A stretch of 64,000 nucleotides of DNA from Clostridiales bacterium (GCA_024691085.1 JAILNX010000025.1:16723-80722), one strand, 5' to 3'. Shown: positions 49,570-59,295, numbered from the stretch's first letter. The notes: generated by a model not told the origin, from the letters alone. Numbers and translations are program-made.

Positions 49570-50493
49570 TTAATTCTCCGGCCTATCCTTCGCGTTCCTG
49601 TAAAGATCGAAGAACGAAGTCTTATCGAGCCTCCAGATCGTAAGCGCTTTCCGCTCGTGCGGCTTGAGGAGGGCGGGATCCCCCTGCCACGAGGAAACGA
49701 ACCCGTCCGCGCGGCGGTACAAAGGATCGTCCGAAGGCTTCACCCGCATGAGGAACAGAAGAGAATGGATCAGCATGCGCTTTTCGAGCGGCTCCCGCGG
49801 GTGCCCGAAGGATAAGAGGTCCTCATACCGCTCAAGACGCGAAAGGTACAGGTCGCGGTAAACGCGCTCGTCCTTCCTGTCGGAAATGCTGCCCTCGCGC
49901 TTCCTGTAATTATACAGGGCGTCCTCGAGTATAACGACGCGCTCCGCCCTGTAAACGAGCTTGTGAGTGGTCGCTATATCCTCGAAAAAACGGCCCGCCG
50001 GGAACCTTATGCCGTCGAACAGCGCGCTTTTATAAAGTTTGTTCCACGCCGCGGGACGGCCGCAGCCGACCGCTTTTTGAGCGGAAACTATCCCGTAAAC
50101 GCCTATCTTATCTCCCGATCTTGCCCCGTCCGCGCCGATGACCGCGCGGTCGAAGATGACGAGGTCAGCGCCGTTCTCCATGGCGGCATTATACGGTATT
50201 TCGCAGAATCCCGGCTCCACCCAGTCGTCGGGATCGACGAACATGAGCCATTCTCCGCGCGCCTCGTCAAGGCCCAAGTTCCTCGCCGCGGAAAGGCCGC
50301 GGTTTTCCGTATGAAATACGCGTATGCGCCCGTCGGTTTTTCCGTACCTGTCGGCGATCTCCCCGCTCCCGTCGGTCGAGCCGTCGTCGACAACAATGAG
50401 CTCGATGTCACGAAAGCTCTGCGCGAGCAGGCTCTCAAGACACTGCTCGAGATACGGTTTTACGTTATAGACGGGCACGATAACGCTTATCAC
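49570..50493 (-). CDS. Family 2 glycosyltransferase
   Basis: ISVIVPVYNVKPYLEQCLESLLAQ, VDDGSTDGS and DPDD motifs. Confidence 0.85.
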   Translation of the reverse strand: MISVIVPVYNVKPYLEQCLESLLAQSFRDIELIVVDDGSTDGSGEIADRYGKTDGRIRVFHTENRGLSAARNLGLDEARGEWLMFVDPDDWVEPGFCEIPYNAAMENGADLVIFDRAVIGADGARSGDKIGVYGIVSAQKAVGCGRPAAWNKLYKSALFDGIRFPAGRFFEDIATTHKLVYRAERVVILEDALYNYRKREGSISDRKDERVYRDLYLSRLERYEDLLSFGHPREPLEKRMLIHSLLFLMRVKPSDDPLYRRADGFVSSWQGDPALLKPHERKALTIWRLDKTSFFDLYRNAKDRPEN

Positions 50494-50788
50494 GTAGGCG
50501 CCTCCTTTTATGATTTTCCCTGTCAGAACGTATTGTACCGCGCGTCGGGGACCGTTGTCAATGCGCCATGATCCGACAGTTTCCCGAAATATACAATAAA
50601 TTGTATCATTTGCTTATAGAATAATTTTAAAACTTATGTTATACTCTATGTTGGCTGATGATAGCTTACCATATCCATACTGCGCCGCCGGGATTTTCCG
50701 TATTTCGGCGCACGGGACGCGGCGGGCGGTCAAAGGCCGAATGCTAACCAATAAAAAACCGCGGAAAAGCGGTATAAGGAGGACTGTC

Positions 50789-51283
50789 ATGGCAAAACAA
50801 ATCACGGCAATTCCCTTTAAGGGCACTCCTGAGCAGGAAAAGCAGCTCATGGATTTCATCGCCACTTGGAAGGGGAAGGACGGCGCTACGATGCCCGTTC
50901 TTCAGAAGGCTCAGGAGATCTACGGGTATCTGCCCATAGAGGTCCAGAAGATGGTCGCGGACGGACTCGGACGCTCCCTTGAGGAGATCTACGGCGTTTC
51001 CACCTTCTACTCCATGTTCAATCTCGAGCCCAGAGGCGAACACCTCATCAGGGTATGTCTCGGTACCGCCTGCTACGTCAAGGGTTCCCAGAACATTCTG
51101 GATGAGCTCTCCCGCGTGCTCAAGGTCGAGCCCGGTCACACCACCTCTGACGGTAAGTTCACCCTTGAGGCGACCCGCTGCCTCGGCTGCTGCGGTCTGG
51201 CTCCCGTTATGACCGTTGACGGCGAGGTTTACGGACGTCTCGTTCCCGCCGACGTTCGCGACATCGTTGCGAAGTACATGTAA
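50789..51283 (+). CDS. hydC: NuoE-like [2Fe-2S] subunit of an NADH-dependent/bifurcating [FeFe]-hydrogenase
   Basis: VCLGTACYVKG and CLGCCGLAP cysteine motifs. Start at MAKQIT behind an AAGGAGG RBS. Confidence 0.8.
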   Translation: MAKQITAIPFKGTPEQEKQLMDFIATWKGKDGATMPVLQKAQEIYGYLPIEVQKMVADGLGRSLEEIYGVSTFYSMFNLEPRGEHLIRVCLGTACYVKGSQNILDELSRVLKVEPGHTTSDGKFTLEATRCLGCCGLAPVMTVDGEVYGRLVPADVRDIVAKYM

Positions 51284-51322
51284 TCACAATCCGAACCGTT
51301 TTTCGAAGGAGGATCGACCCAA

Positions 51323-51697
51323 ATGAAGATCAGCCGCGTGGCCGAAATACTTGAGGCCAAGGTACTTACAGGCGGGGATTTGCTCGACTGCGAGGTCAAT
51401 TCCGCCTGCGGGAGCGACATGATGAGCGACGTGCTTGCCTACGTCAAGGATCAGGGCATATTGCTCACGGGACTCATGAATGTCCAGGTGATAAGGACGC
51501 TGCTCATGATGGACATGAACTGCGTTGTATTCGTGCGAGGCAAGGTGCCGGCTGCCGGCATTGTCGATTTTGCCGAGGAAAACGGAGTTGCTGTGCTTCA
51601 GACCGACCTTCCCATGTTCGAGTCCTGCGGAAGGCTTTACGCCGCGGGGCTGGGACGCGCGGATCAGGAGTGCGGTCCCGACCTTAACGAGGTGTAA
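51323..51697 (+). CDS. DRTGG domain protein
   Basis: 124 aa. AKVLTGGDLL...GILLTGLMN pattern is typical of DRTGG modules. Confidence 0.6.
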   Translation: MKISRVAEILEAKVLTGGDLLDCEVNSACGSDMMSDVLAYVKDQGILLTGLMNVQVIRTLLMMDMNCVVFVRGKVPAAGIVDFAEENGVAVLQTDLPMFESCGRLYAAGLGRADQECGPDLNEV

Positions 51698-51700
51698 GGT

Positions 51701-52135
51701 ATGAGCGAGACTCTGCACTATCACTTCGACGTTGACGGCGCAAGCTTCGCAAATGCCGGACGAGCCTCCGTTGAGACGAAAAAACTGCTCCGCCAGCTGG
51801 GCGTCGCGCCCAACATAATAAGGAGCATCTCCGTCGCGATGTACGAGGGCGAGATCAATATGGTCATTCACGCCCACGGCGGCGACGCGGACGTCTACAT
51901 CACGGAGGACACGATAATCATCATCCTGAAGGATGAGGGACCGGGTATCCGGAACGTGGAGGAGGCCATGAAGGAGGGGTTCTCGACCGCTCCCGAAAAC
52001 ATACGCGCGCTGGGCTTCGGCGCGGGCATGGGCCTTCCGAACATGAAGAGGTATTCGGACGAGATGCACATCGATACCAAGGTCGGCGTCGGCACGACGA
52101 TCGAGCTCTGGTATCATTTGAACAAACAGCAGTAA
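51701..52135 (+). CDS. GHKL/HATPase_c-type ATP-binding protein (anti-sigma-kinase-like)
   Basis: DEGPGI and GFGAGMGLPNM G-boxes; 144 aa. Confidence 0.65.
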   Translation: MSETLHYHFDVDGASFANAGRASVETKKLLRQLGVAPNIIRSISVAMYEGEINMVIHAHGGDADVYITEDTIIIILKDEGPGIRNVEEAMKEGFSTAPENIRALGFGAGMGLPNMKRYSDEMHIDTKVGVGTTIELWYHLNKQQ

Positions 52136-52156
52136 AGGGTAAAACCGGAGGGATAA

Positions 52157-53422
52157 ATGGCTAAGTATACGCACTCTGTTTCGATCGATCCCGAGAAATG
52201 TACGGGCTGTACCACCTGCCTGAGAAGATGCCCCGTCGAGGCCATCCGCATCAGGGACAACAAGGCGGTCATAAACCCGAACTCCTGCATCGACTGCGGC
52301 GAGTGCATAAGGGTGTGCAAGCATGCCGCGAAGCACGCCTCGTACGATAAGCTCTCCGATCTCGATTTTACCAAGTATCTGATCGCGCTGCCCGCGCCCA
52401 GCCTGTTCGGGCAGTTCAACCACATGAACGAAGCGGACCACGTCATCCAGGGACTTCTCGACATGGGCTTCAAGGACGTCTACGAGGTCGCAAAGGCGGC
52501 GGAATACGTCACCGACTTCACAAGGCTCTATATGAACCGCAAGGACGTCGAGCTCCCCGCGATAAGCTCCGCCTGTCCCGCTGTCGTAAGGCTTATAAAG
52601 CTTCGCTATCCCACCCTCTGCGACCAGCTCGTACCCGTGCTGACGCCCTTCGAACTTGCCGGCAAGCTGGCAAAGGAAAAGGCCGCGCGCGAGCATCCCG
52701 AGCTCGATCCCGAGGATATCAAGACGGTCTTCATATCCCCCTGTCCCGCAAAGGTCAGCTGGGCGAAGAGCGTCATGGAGGGGCAGAAGGTCTACGTCGA
52801 TCTTGTGACGAGCATGAACGACGTCTACATGGAGCTCCTTTCAAGGATGAAGCCCGGATCCGAACCCTCCCCGGAGGCCGCGTCCGAGGCCGGCATCGTC
52901 GGCATCGGCTGGGCTATGACGAGCGGAGAGGCGGCGAGCCTTATGAACGACGAGTATCTCTCGGCGGACGGGATCGACAACGTGATCAAGGTCCTTGAAG
53001 ACCTTGAGAGCGGCATTGTGGGCCAGATCAAATTCGTCGAGCTCAACGCGTGCAGCCCCGGCTGCGTCGGCGGCGTGCTCGCGCCCACGAACGGTTATGT
53101 GGCAAGGGTCAGGCTGCACAATTTACGAAAGACCGGCGGCATGGTCGTGAAGCCGAACGACATTTCGGAGATCGGCGATTTCTCCTCCGGAGAGATCCCC
53201 GACGAATACACCGAGTCCGAGGCGTTCACCTATATGCCCGACGGATCGCCCAATATGCTGTCCATGATGCTCGCTATGAAAAAAGCCGAGGCGCTTTCCG
53301 AAAAGCTCCCCAAAAAGGACTGCGGAGCGTGCGGCTCGCCCACGTGCAGGGCATTCGCTCTGGACGTCGTGCACGGCGAAGCGAAGCTCGAGGACTGCAA
53401 GATCAGGACGGAAATGGAATAA
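52157..53422 (+). CDS. HydS-like sensory-type [FeFe]-hydrogenase homologue
   Basis: Two N-terminal 4Fe-4S motifs. H-cluster motif variants SSACP, SPCPAK and ELNACSPGCVGG. C-terminal C-x2-C-x4-C-x16-C motif. Confidence 0.75.
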   Translation: MAKYTHSVSIDPEKCTGCTTCLRRCPVEAIRIRDNKAVINPNSCIDCGECIRVCKHAAKHASYDKLSDLDFTKYLIALPAPSLFGQFNHMNEADHVIQGLLDMGFKDVYEVAKAAEYVTDFTRLYMNRKDVELPAISSACPAVVRLIKLRYPTLCDQLVPVLTPFELAGKLAKEKAAREHPELDPEDIKTVFISPCPAKVSWAKSVMEGQKVYVDLVTSMNDVYMELLSRMKPGSEPSPEAASEAGIVGIGWAMTSGEAASLMNDEYLSADGIDNVIKVLEDLESGIVGQIKFVELNACSPGCVGGVLAPTNGYVARVRLHNLRKTGGMVVKPNDISEIGDFSSGEIPDEYTESEAFTYMPDGSPNMLSMMLAMKKAEALSEKLPKKDCGACGSPTCRAFALDVVHGEAKLEDCKIRTEME

Positions 53423-53484
53423 GAAGGACGTTTCCCTTGATCCGCCTGCCTTCCCTTAAAAAGGAGGGCGAAAGGAGGAACGAT

Positions 53485-53835
53485 ATGCTTACAGTGGAAA
53501 TGCTCGCAAAGGAGCTTGACCTCAATATTATGATGCTTCCCGACGGCGGCCGCGAGATAGAAGGCGGCTACGCGGGAGACCTCTTAAGCTGGGTAATGGG
53601 CAGGGCGCAGCCCGGAGACGCGTGGGTTACCATCATGTCCAACATGAACGTCTCCGCAGTGGCGCAGCTCACCGACGTCGCCTGCGTGATATTCGCGGAG
53701 GGCGTCGTACCCGACAGGGAGGCCGTCAATAAGGCCGAGCTTCACGGCATCAATCTGCTCGGAAGCGACTTGGGAGTGTTCGAGCTCTGTCATAAGATAA
53801 GCTCGATGCTCGAAGAATACCGGGACGAGAACTGA
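53485..53835 (+). CDS. DRTGG domain protein (second copy)
   Basis: 116 aa. Start at MLTVEM behind a GGAGG RBS. Confidence 0.55.
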   Translation: MLTVEMLAKELDLNIMMLPDGGREIEGGYAGDLLSWVMGRAQPGDAWVTIMSNMNVSAVAQLTDVACVIFAEGVVPDREAVNKAELHGINLLGSDLGVFELCHKISSMLEEYRDEN

Positions 53836-53849
53836 CGGGAGGAAACAGG

Positions 53850-54569
53850 ATGGCGCTTTTCACCTACGATCTGCACGTGCACTCGTGCCTGTCGCCCTGC
53901 GGCGACGACGAGATGACTCCGTGCAATATCGCGGGCATGGCGCTCATCGCGGGCGTAAAGATCGTCGCCCTGACCGATCACAACTCCTGTAAAAACTGCG
54001 TCGATTTCTTTCATGCCTGCGAGGAATACGGGGTAACGCCCGTCGCGGGGTGCGAGCTGACGACGTCGGAAGAGATCCACATGGTATGCCTGTTTGAAGG
54101 CCTGAAACAGGCTTTGGAATTTGACGAGGCTTTGCAGCCTTACAGAATGCAGATCCCGAACCGTGTGGAGATATTCGGCAACCAGTTCATCATGAAGGAG
54201 GACGACGAGATAATAGGACAGGATCCGTGGTTCCTTCCGGCGGCGACAAGCCTCTCTTTGCAGGAGGCCGCCGAAATGGTAAGGAGCATGGGCGGGATAG
54301 CGTATCCCGCGCATATCGACAGGGAGTCGAACGGCATGCTTGCGATACTCGGCATGTTCCCCGACGAGCCCGTATTCGACCTCTGCGAGGTCAGGGACAA
54401 GGAGAACGCCGAAAAGCTCGCCGGAGGGCGGAAGGTAGTGGTATCTTCCGACGCTCACAGGCTCGAGGACTTTGGCGAGAAGCTCAATCATATCGAGCTT
54501 CCCTGCTCGGAGGACGACGGCCCCGATGTTGTAAGGCGCGAGCTGTTCAGAAAGCTTTCCGGCAAATGA
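53850..54569 (+). CDS. PHP (polymerase/histidinol phosphatase) domain protein
   Basis: YDLHVHSCLSPCG opening and later TDHNS and AHIDRE metal-ligand blocks. Confidence 0.7.
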   Translation: MALFTYDLHVHSCLSPCGDDEMTPCNIAGMALIAGVKIVALTDHNSCKNCVDFFHACEEYGVTPVAGCELTTSEEIHMVCLFEGLKQALEFDEALQPYRMQIPNRVEIFGNQFIMKEDDEIIGQDPWFLPAATSLSLQEAAEMVRSMGGIAYPAHIDRESNGMLAILGMFPDEPVFDLCEVRDKENAEKLAGGRKVVVSSDAHRLEDFGEKLNHIELPCSEDDGPDVVRRELFRKLSGK

Positions 54570-54590
54570 TCCGAAAGAAAGGTTAAAAGC

Positions 54591-55157
54591 ATGAAGGAAC
54601 TTTCGCTCAACATTCTCGACATCGCTCAGAACTCGATCCACGCCGACGCGACGCTCGTTCAGATACTTCTTGACGAGACCGACGAGAGCTTAACGCTTTC
54701 GATCGTCGACGACGGCAAGGGCATGAGCGAGGAGTTCGTTTCACGCGTGACCGACCCGTTCTCCACCACGCGCACGACCCGAAAGGTCGGCATGGGGCTT
54801 CCTCTTCTGAAGCTCGCCGCGGAACAGACGGGCGGCAGCCTTGCGATCGAGTCCCGGGAAAGGACGCTTTATCCCGAGGATCACGGAACAAAAGTCACGG
54901 CCTTCTTTTACAAAAACCATCTTGATTTCACCCCGCTGGGGGACGTCGTCTCCACCGTTGTGTCGCTCGTTCAGGGAAGCCCCGACGTGGATTTCCTGTT
55001 CAGACACACCTTCCCCGACCATACGGTCGAGCTCGATACCCGCGAGATACGCGAGGTGCTGGGGGAGGAGGTACCTCTTTCAAGCCCCGACGTGCTCGTG
55101 TGGATACGCGAAACTCTGACAGAGCAGTACGAGGGAACGGATGAAGAGGACGAATGA
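54591..55157 (+). CDS. GHKL/HATPase_c-type ATP-binding protein (second copy)
   Basis: NILDIAQNS N-box, DDGKGM, GMGLPLL; 188 aa. Confidence 0.65.
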   Translation: MKELSLNILDIAQNSIHADATLVQILLDETDESLTLSIVDDGKGMSEEFVSRVTDPFSTTRTTRKVGMGLPLLKLAAEQTGGSLAIESRERTLYPEDHGTKVTAFFYKNHLDFTPLGDVVSTVVSLVQGSPDVDFLFRHTFPDHTVELDTREIREVLGEEVPLSSPDVLVWIRETLTEQYEGTDEEDE

Positions 55158-55229
55158 ATTTCGATGAAACCGCTCTTTAAGCGGTACAAGGAATAATTTA
55201 AAAAACGATAACCGAAAGGAAATATGTTT

Positions 55230-55598
55230 ATGAAATCTTTGGAAGAACTCAAGAAGATTCGCGAGAAGATGCAGAACAAGGTCATCCTTCGCGAAGGCAG
55301 CGCCGAAAAGCGCATCGTAGTCGGCATGGCGACCTGCGGTATCGCGGCGGGAGCCCGTCCCGTTCTCAACACCTTCGTTGAGGAGATCGCAAAGCGCAAT
55401 CTCACCGGCACCGTCGAGGTCGGTCAGACCGGCTGCATCGGCATGTGCCGTTTCGAGCCGATCGTCGAGGTCTTTGAGGGCGACAAGCGCGTGACCTACG
55501 TCTACGTCAATCCCGATAAGGCGAAGGAGATCGTCGAGAAGCACATCGTGGGCGGCGAGCCCATCGTTGAGTACACCATCGGTGCTGCAGAAAAATAA
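55230..55598 (+). CDS. Thioredoxin-like [2Fe-2S] ferredoxin
   Basis: Cysteines in VGMATCGIAAG and GQTGCIGMCRFEP. The second ATG is preferred on RBS spacing; the tracked start is 55224. Confidence 0.65.
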   Translation: MKSLEELKKIREKMQNKVILREGSAEKRIVVGMATCGIAAGARPVLNTFVEEIAKRNLTGTVEVGQTGCIGMCRFEPIVEVFEGDKRVTYVYVNPDKAKEIVEKHIVGGEPIVEYTIGAAEK

Positions 55599-55614
55599 TC
55601 GGAGGGTTATATAA

Positions 55615-57408
55615 ATGATTCGTTCACATGTTTTGATTTGCGGCGGTACCGGCTGCACCAGCGGCGGTTCCCAGGCGATTGCCGACAACCTTAAGGTCGA
55701 GCTCGAGAGGCTTGGTCTTCAGGACGAGATCCAGGTCATCCGCACCGGCTGCTTCGGTCTCTGCGCGATGGGCCCCATCATGATCGTCTATCCCGAAGGC
55801 ACCTATTACAGCCGTGTCAAGCCCGAGGACGTCAAGGAGATCGCCGAGGAGCACTTCCTCAAGGGCCGTATCGTAGAGCGTCTCGTCCATAAGGAAGAGG
55901 CCGGTCAGAAGCTCGAGGACGTTCCCGCTCTCGGCGAGACCAACTTCTACAAGACCCAGATGCGCGTAGCTCTCAGGAACTGCGGCGTCATCAATCCCGA
56001 GAACATCGAAGAGTACATCGCCATGGACGGCTATGCCGCTCTCGGCAAGGTCCTCACCGAGATGACCCCCGCTGAGGTCATCGACACCATGAAGAAGTCC
56101 GGCCTCCGCGGACGCGGCGGCGCAGGCTTCCCCACCGGCATGAAGTGGCAGTTCGCCGCGGCGAACCAGGCCGACCAGAAGTACGTCGTATGCAACGCGG
56201 ACGAGGGCGACCCCGGCGCGTTCATGGACCGTTCCATCCTTGAGGGCGACCCGCACGCCGTTCTCGAGGCCATGGCCATCGCCGGCTATGCCATCGGCGC
56301 ATCCAAGGGCTACGTTTACGTCCGCGCCGAGTACCCCATCGCGGTACAGCGTCTCCAGATCGCCATCGATCAGGCCCGTGAATACGGCCTTATGGGCGAG
56401 GACATCTTCGGCACCGGCTTCAACTTCGACGTTGAGATCCGTCTCGGCGCGGGCGCGTTCGTCTGCGGCGAGGAGACCGCTCTTCTGACCTCCATCGAGG
56501 GCAACCGCGGCGAGCCCAGGAACAAGCCCCCGTTCCCCGCGAACAAGGGTCTGTTCGGCAAGCCCACCATCATCAACAACGTTGAGACCCTCGCCAACAT
56601 CCCCCAGATCTTCATCAAGGGACCCGAATGGTTCGCTTCGATGGGCACCGAGGATTCCAAGGGCACCAAGGTCTTCGCTCTCGGCGGAGCCATCAACAAC
56701 ACCGGCCTCGTTGAGATCCCCCTCGGCACGACTCTCCGCCACATCATCTATGACATCGGCGGCGGCATCCCCAAGGGCAGGAAGTTCAAGGCGGTTCAGA
56801 CCGGCGGTCCTTCCGGCGGCTGTATCCCCGCTCAGTTCCTTGACACCCCGATCGACTACGCGAACCTCACCCGCATCGGCGCTATGATGGGCTCCGGCGG
56901 TATGATCGTCACCGACGATTCCACCTGCATGGTCGACTTCGCAAGGTTCTTCCTCGACTTCACCGTTGACGAGTCCTGCGGTAAGTGCACCCCCTGCCGT
57001 ATCGGCACCAGGCGCCTCCTCGAGCTCCTCAACAAGATCACCGACGGCCGCGGCGAACCCGAAGACCTCGACAAGCTCGAAGAGCTCTGCTACTACATCA
57101 AGGCGAACGCGCTGTGCGCTCTCGGTCAGACCGCTCCCAACCCCGTACTCTCCACGCTGAAGTACTTCCGCGACGAGTATGAGGCTCACGTTTACGAGAA
57201 GCGCTGCCCGGCCGGCGTCTGCAAGAACCTCATGCATTATGAGATCCAGCCCGATGTCTGCCGCGGCTGTACCGCCTGCGCACGCAAGTGCCCCGTCGGC
57301 GCTATCAGCGGCACGGTCAAGCAGCCCCACCACATTGATGTCAACAAGTGCATCAAGTGCGGCGCCTGCATCGAGACCTGTAAGTTCAACGCCATCGTCA
57401 AGAAATAA
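55615..57408 (+). CDS. hydB: NuoF-like flavoprotein subunit of [FeFe]-hydrogenase
   Basis: GRGGAGFPTGMKW FMN site, ESCGKCTPCR cluster, and C-terminal 2x[4Fe-4S] motifs. Confidence 0.9.
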   Translation: MIRSHVLICGGTGCTSGGSQAIADNLKVELERLGLQDEIQVIRTGCFGLCAMGPIMIVYPEGTYYSRVKPEDVKEIAEEHFLKGRIVERLVHKEEAGQKLEDVPALGETNFYKTQMRVALRNCGVINPENIEEYIAMDGYAALGKVLTEMTPAEVIDTMKKSGLRGRGGAGFPTGMKWQFAAANQADQKYVVCNADEGDPGAFMDRSILEGDPHAVLEAMAIAGYAIGASKGYVYVRAEYPIAVQRLQIAIDQAREYGLMGEDIFGTGFNFDVEIRLGAGAFVCGEETALLTSIEGNRGEPRNKPPFPANKGLFGKPTIINNVETLANIPQIFIKGPEWFASMGTEDSKGTKVFALGGAINNTGLVEIPLGTTLRHIIYDIGGGIPKGRKFKAVQTGGPSGGCIPAQFLDTPIDYANLTRIGAMMGSGGMIVTDDSTCMVDFARFFLDFTVDESCGKCTPCRIGTRRLLELLNKITDGRGEPEDLDKLEELCYYIKANALCALGQTAPNPVLSTLKYFRDEYEAHVYEKRCPAGVCKNLMHYEIQPDVCRGCTACARKCPVGAISGTVKQPHHIDVNKCIKCGACIETCKFNAIVKK

Positions 57409-57420
57409 GGAGACAGCACT

Positions 57421-59169
57421 ATGGAAATGATCAACATGACAATCAACGGTCAGGCCGTTCAGGTTCCTGCCAACTATACCATCCTGCAGGCTGCCGAGTC
57501 CGTCGGTATCCGCATCCCCACCCTTTGCTACCTTAAGGACGTCAACGCCATCGGCGCCTGCCGTATGTGCGTTGTCGAGGTCGAGAAGGCAAGGTCCAAC
57601 CCGGTCGCATGTCTCCAGCAGGTCGCCGAGGGCATGGTCGTCAGGACCAACACCCCCGCCCTGAGGAAGTCCCGCAAGACCACCCTCGAGCTCATGCTCT
57701 CCAACCACCGCATGGACTGCCTCGGCTGCTCCAGGTCCACCAACTGCGAACTGCAGACCCTTGCTCAGGAGTACGGCTGCGACAACCATAAGTTCGAGAT
57801 CGGCGAGCCTCTGAAGCCCGATATCGACGATTCCGCCATCCACCTTATTCGCGATAACTCCAAGTGCATACTGTGCCGCCGCTGCGTAGCGGTCTGCAAG
57901 CACAACCAGCACTGCTCCGTTATCGGTCCCAACCAGCGCGGCTTCAAGACCCACATCGCTTCCGCGTTTGAGATGGATCTCGACGAGACCGCCTGCGTCA
58001 ACTGCGGTCAGTGTATCGCTGTCTGCCCGACCGGCGCTCTTACCGAGAGGGACGATACCAAGAAGGTCTGGGCAGCTCTTGCCGATCCGACCAAGCACGT
58101 CGTCGTCGGTCCCGCTCCCTCCGTCCGCGTACAGCTCGGCGAGGAGTTCGGCATGCCCATCGGCACCAACGTTGAGGGCAAGATGATCGCGGCTCTCCGC
58201 CGTCTCGGCTTCGACCGCGTCTTCGACGTTGACAATGCCGCCGACGTTACCATCATGGAGGAAGGCACCGAGTTCATCGACCGCGTCAAGAACGGCGGCA
58301 AGCTCCCGCTCATCACCTCCTGCTCTCCCGGCTGGATCAAGTTCTGCGAGACCTATTATCCCGATTTCCTCGAGAACCTCAGCTCCTGCCGCAGCCCGCA
58401 GGGTATGTTCGGCGCTCTCGTAAAGACCTATTACGCCGAGAAGGCCGGCATCGATCCCAAGGACATCGTCGTCGTATCCATCATGCCCTGCACCGCGAAG
58501 AAGTTCGAGGCCGCGCGTGACGAGCTCCAGACCAACGGTCTCAGGACCATCGACGTATCCCTCACCACCCGCGAGCTTGCGAAGATGATCAGGGAAGCGG
58601 GTCTCAAGTTCACCGAGCTGCCCGACGAGGTCTGCGATCCGTTCCTCGGCATGGCTTCCGGCGCGGGTCACATCTTCGGCGCGACCGGCGGCGTTATGGA
58701 GGCTGCTCTCCGTACCGTCTACGAAGTGCTCGAAGGCAAGCCCCTTGAGAACCTCGATATCCATGCCGTCCGCGGCACCGAGGCCATCAAGGAAGCCACC
58801 GTACACGTTGCGGGTATGGACGTCAACGTCGCTGTCACCAGCGGTCTTGAGAACGCGAAGAAGCTCCTCGATATGGTACGTTCCGGCGAGAAGAACTACC
58901 ACTTCATCGAGGTCATGGCCTGCCCCGGCGGATGCGTCAACGGCGGCGGTCAGCCCCATCAGCCCGGCTACGTCAGGAACTTCACCGACCTCCGCGCCGT
59001 ACGCGCTGCGGGTCTTTACGGTGAGGACGCCGCGATGGGTCTCAGGAAGTCCCATGAGAATCCCGAGGTCAAGCAGCTTTACTCCGAGTTCCTCGAGGCT
59101 CCCGGCTCCCATAAGGCTCATGAGCTTCTCCACACCCACTATCATGCTCGCCCCATGTACCGCGACTGA
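57421..59169 (+). CDS. hydA: [FeFe]-hydrogenase catalytic subunit
   Basis: N-terminal 2Fe-2S/4Fe-4S domains. H-cluster motifs TSCSPGW, MPCTAKKFE and EVMACPGGCVNGGGQP. Confidence 0.9.
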   Translation: MEMINMTINGQAVQVPANYTILQAAESVGIRIPTLCYLKDVNAIGACRMCVVEVEKARSNPVACLQQVAEGMVVRTNTPALRKSRKTTLELMLSNHRMDCLGCSRSTNCELQTLAQEYGCDNHKFEIGEPLKPDIDDSAIHLIRDNSKCILCRRCVAVCKHNQHCSVIGPNQRGFKTHIASAFEMDLDETACVNCGQCIAVCPTGALTERDDTKKVWAALADPTKHVVVGPAPSVRVQLGEEFGMPIGTNVEGKMIAALRRLGFDRVFDVDNAADVTIMEEGTEFIDRVKNGGKLPLITSCSPGWIKFCETYYPDFLENLSSCRSPQGMFGALVKTYYAEKAGIDPKDIVVVSIMPCTAKKFEAARDELQTNGLRTIDVSLTTRELAKMIREAGLKFTELPDEVCDPFLGMASGAGHIFGATGGVMEAALRTVYEVLEGKPLENLDIHAVRGTEAIKEATVHVAGMDVNVAVTSGLENAKKLLDMVRSGEKNYHFIEVMACPGGCVNGGGQPHQPGYVRNFTDLRAVRAAGLYGEDAAMGLRKSHENPEVKQLYSEFLEAPGSHKAHELLHTHYHARPMYRD

Positions 59170-59184
59170 TAAAAAACTAACCTT

Positions 59185-59216
59185 CGGCCCGCAGCTCAGC
59201 TGCGGGCCGGTTTTTT
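59185..59216 (+). terminator. Rho-independent terminator after hydA
   Basis: CGGCCCGCAGC / GCTGCGGGCCG stem followed by a T6 run. Confidence 0.7.
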
Positions 59217-59295
59217 ATAAAAAAACGGCCGTGATTTGATAATCTGCGGGGATATGGTATAATACTATAAAGGCAGAAAGAGGATACGGAAGAAA

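Noticed and set aside
50650-50788. GC-rich 140-nt leader of the hydrogenase operon as a possible riboswitch.
   Set aside because: Some local hairpins exist (GCGCCG/CGGCGC, CCGC-GGAAAA-GCGG). I could not match any known riboswitch core, and there is no terminator/antiterminator pair.
55624-59145. 1173-aa ORF antisense to hydB/hydA, and similar long antisense ORFs at 20206-22185, 23584-25275, 30590-32242, 33754-35292 and 3620-4816.
   Set aside because: These are shadow ORFs typical of GC-rich coding DNA. Their translations are low-complexity Ala/Gly/Arg/Val/Asp/Leu strings without motifs or RBSs, while the opposite strand encodes proteins with clear catalytic signatures.
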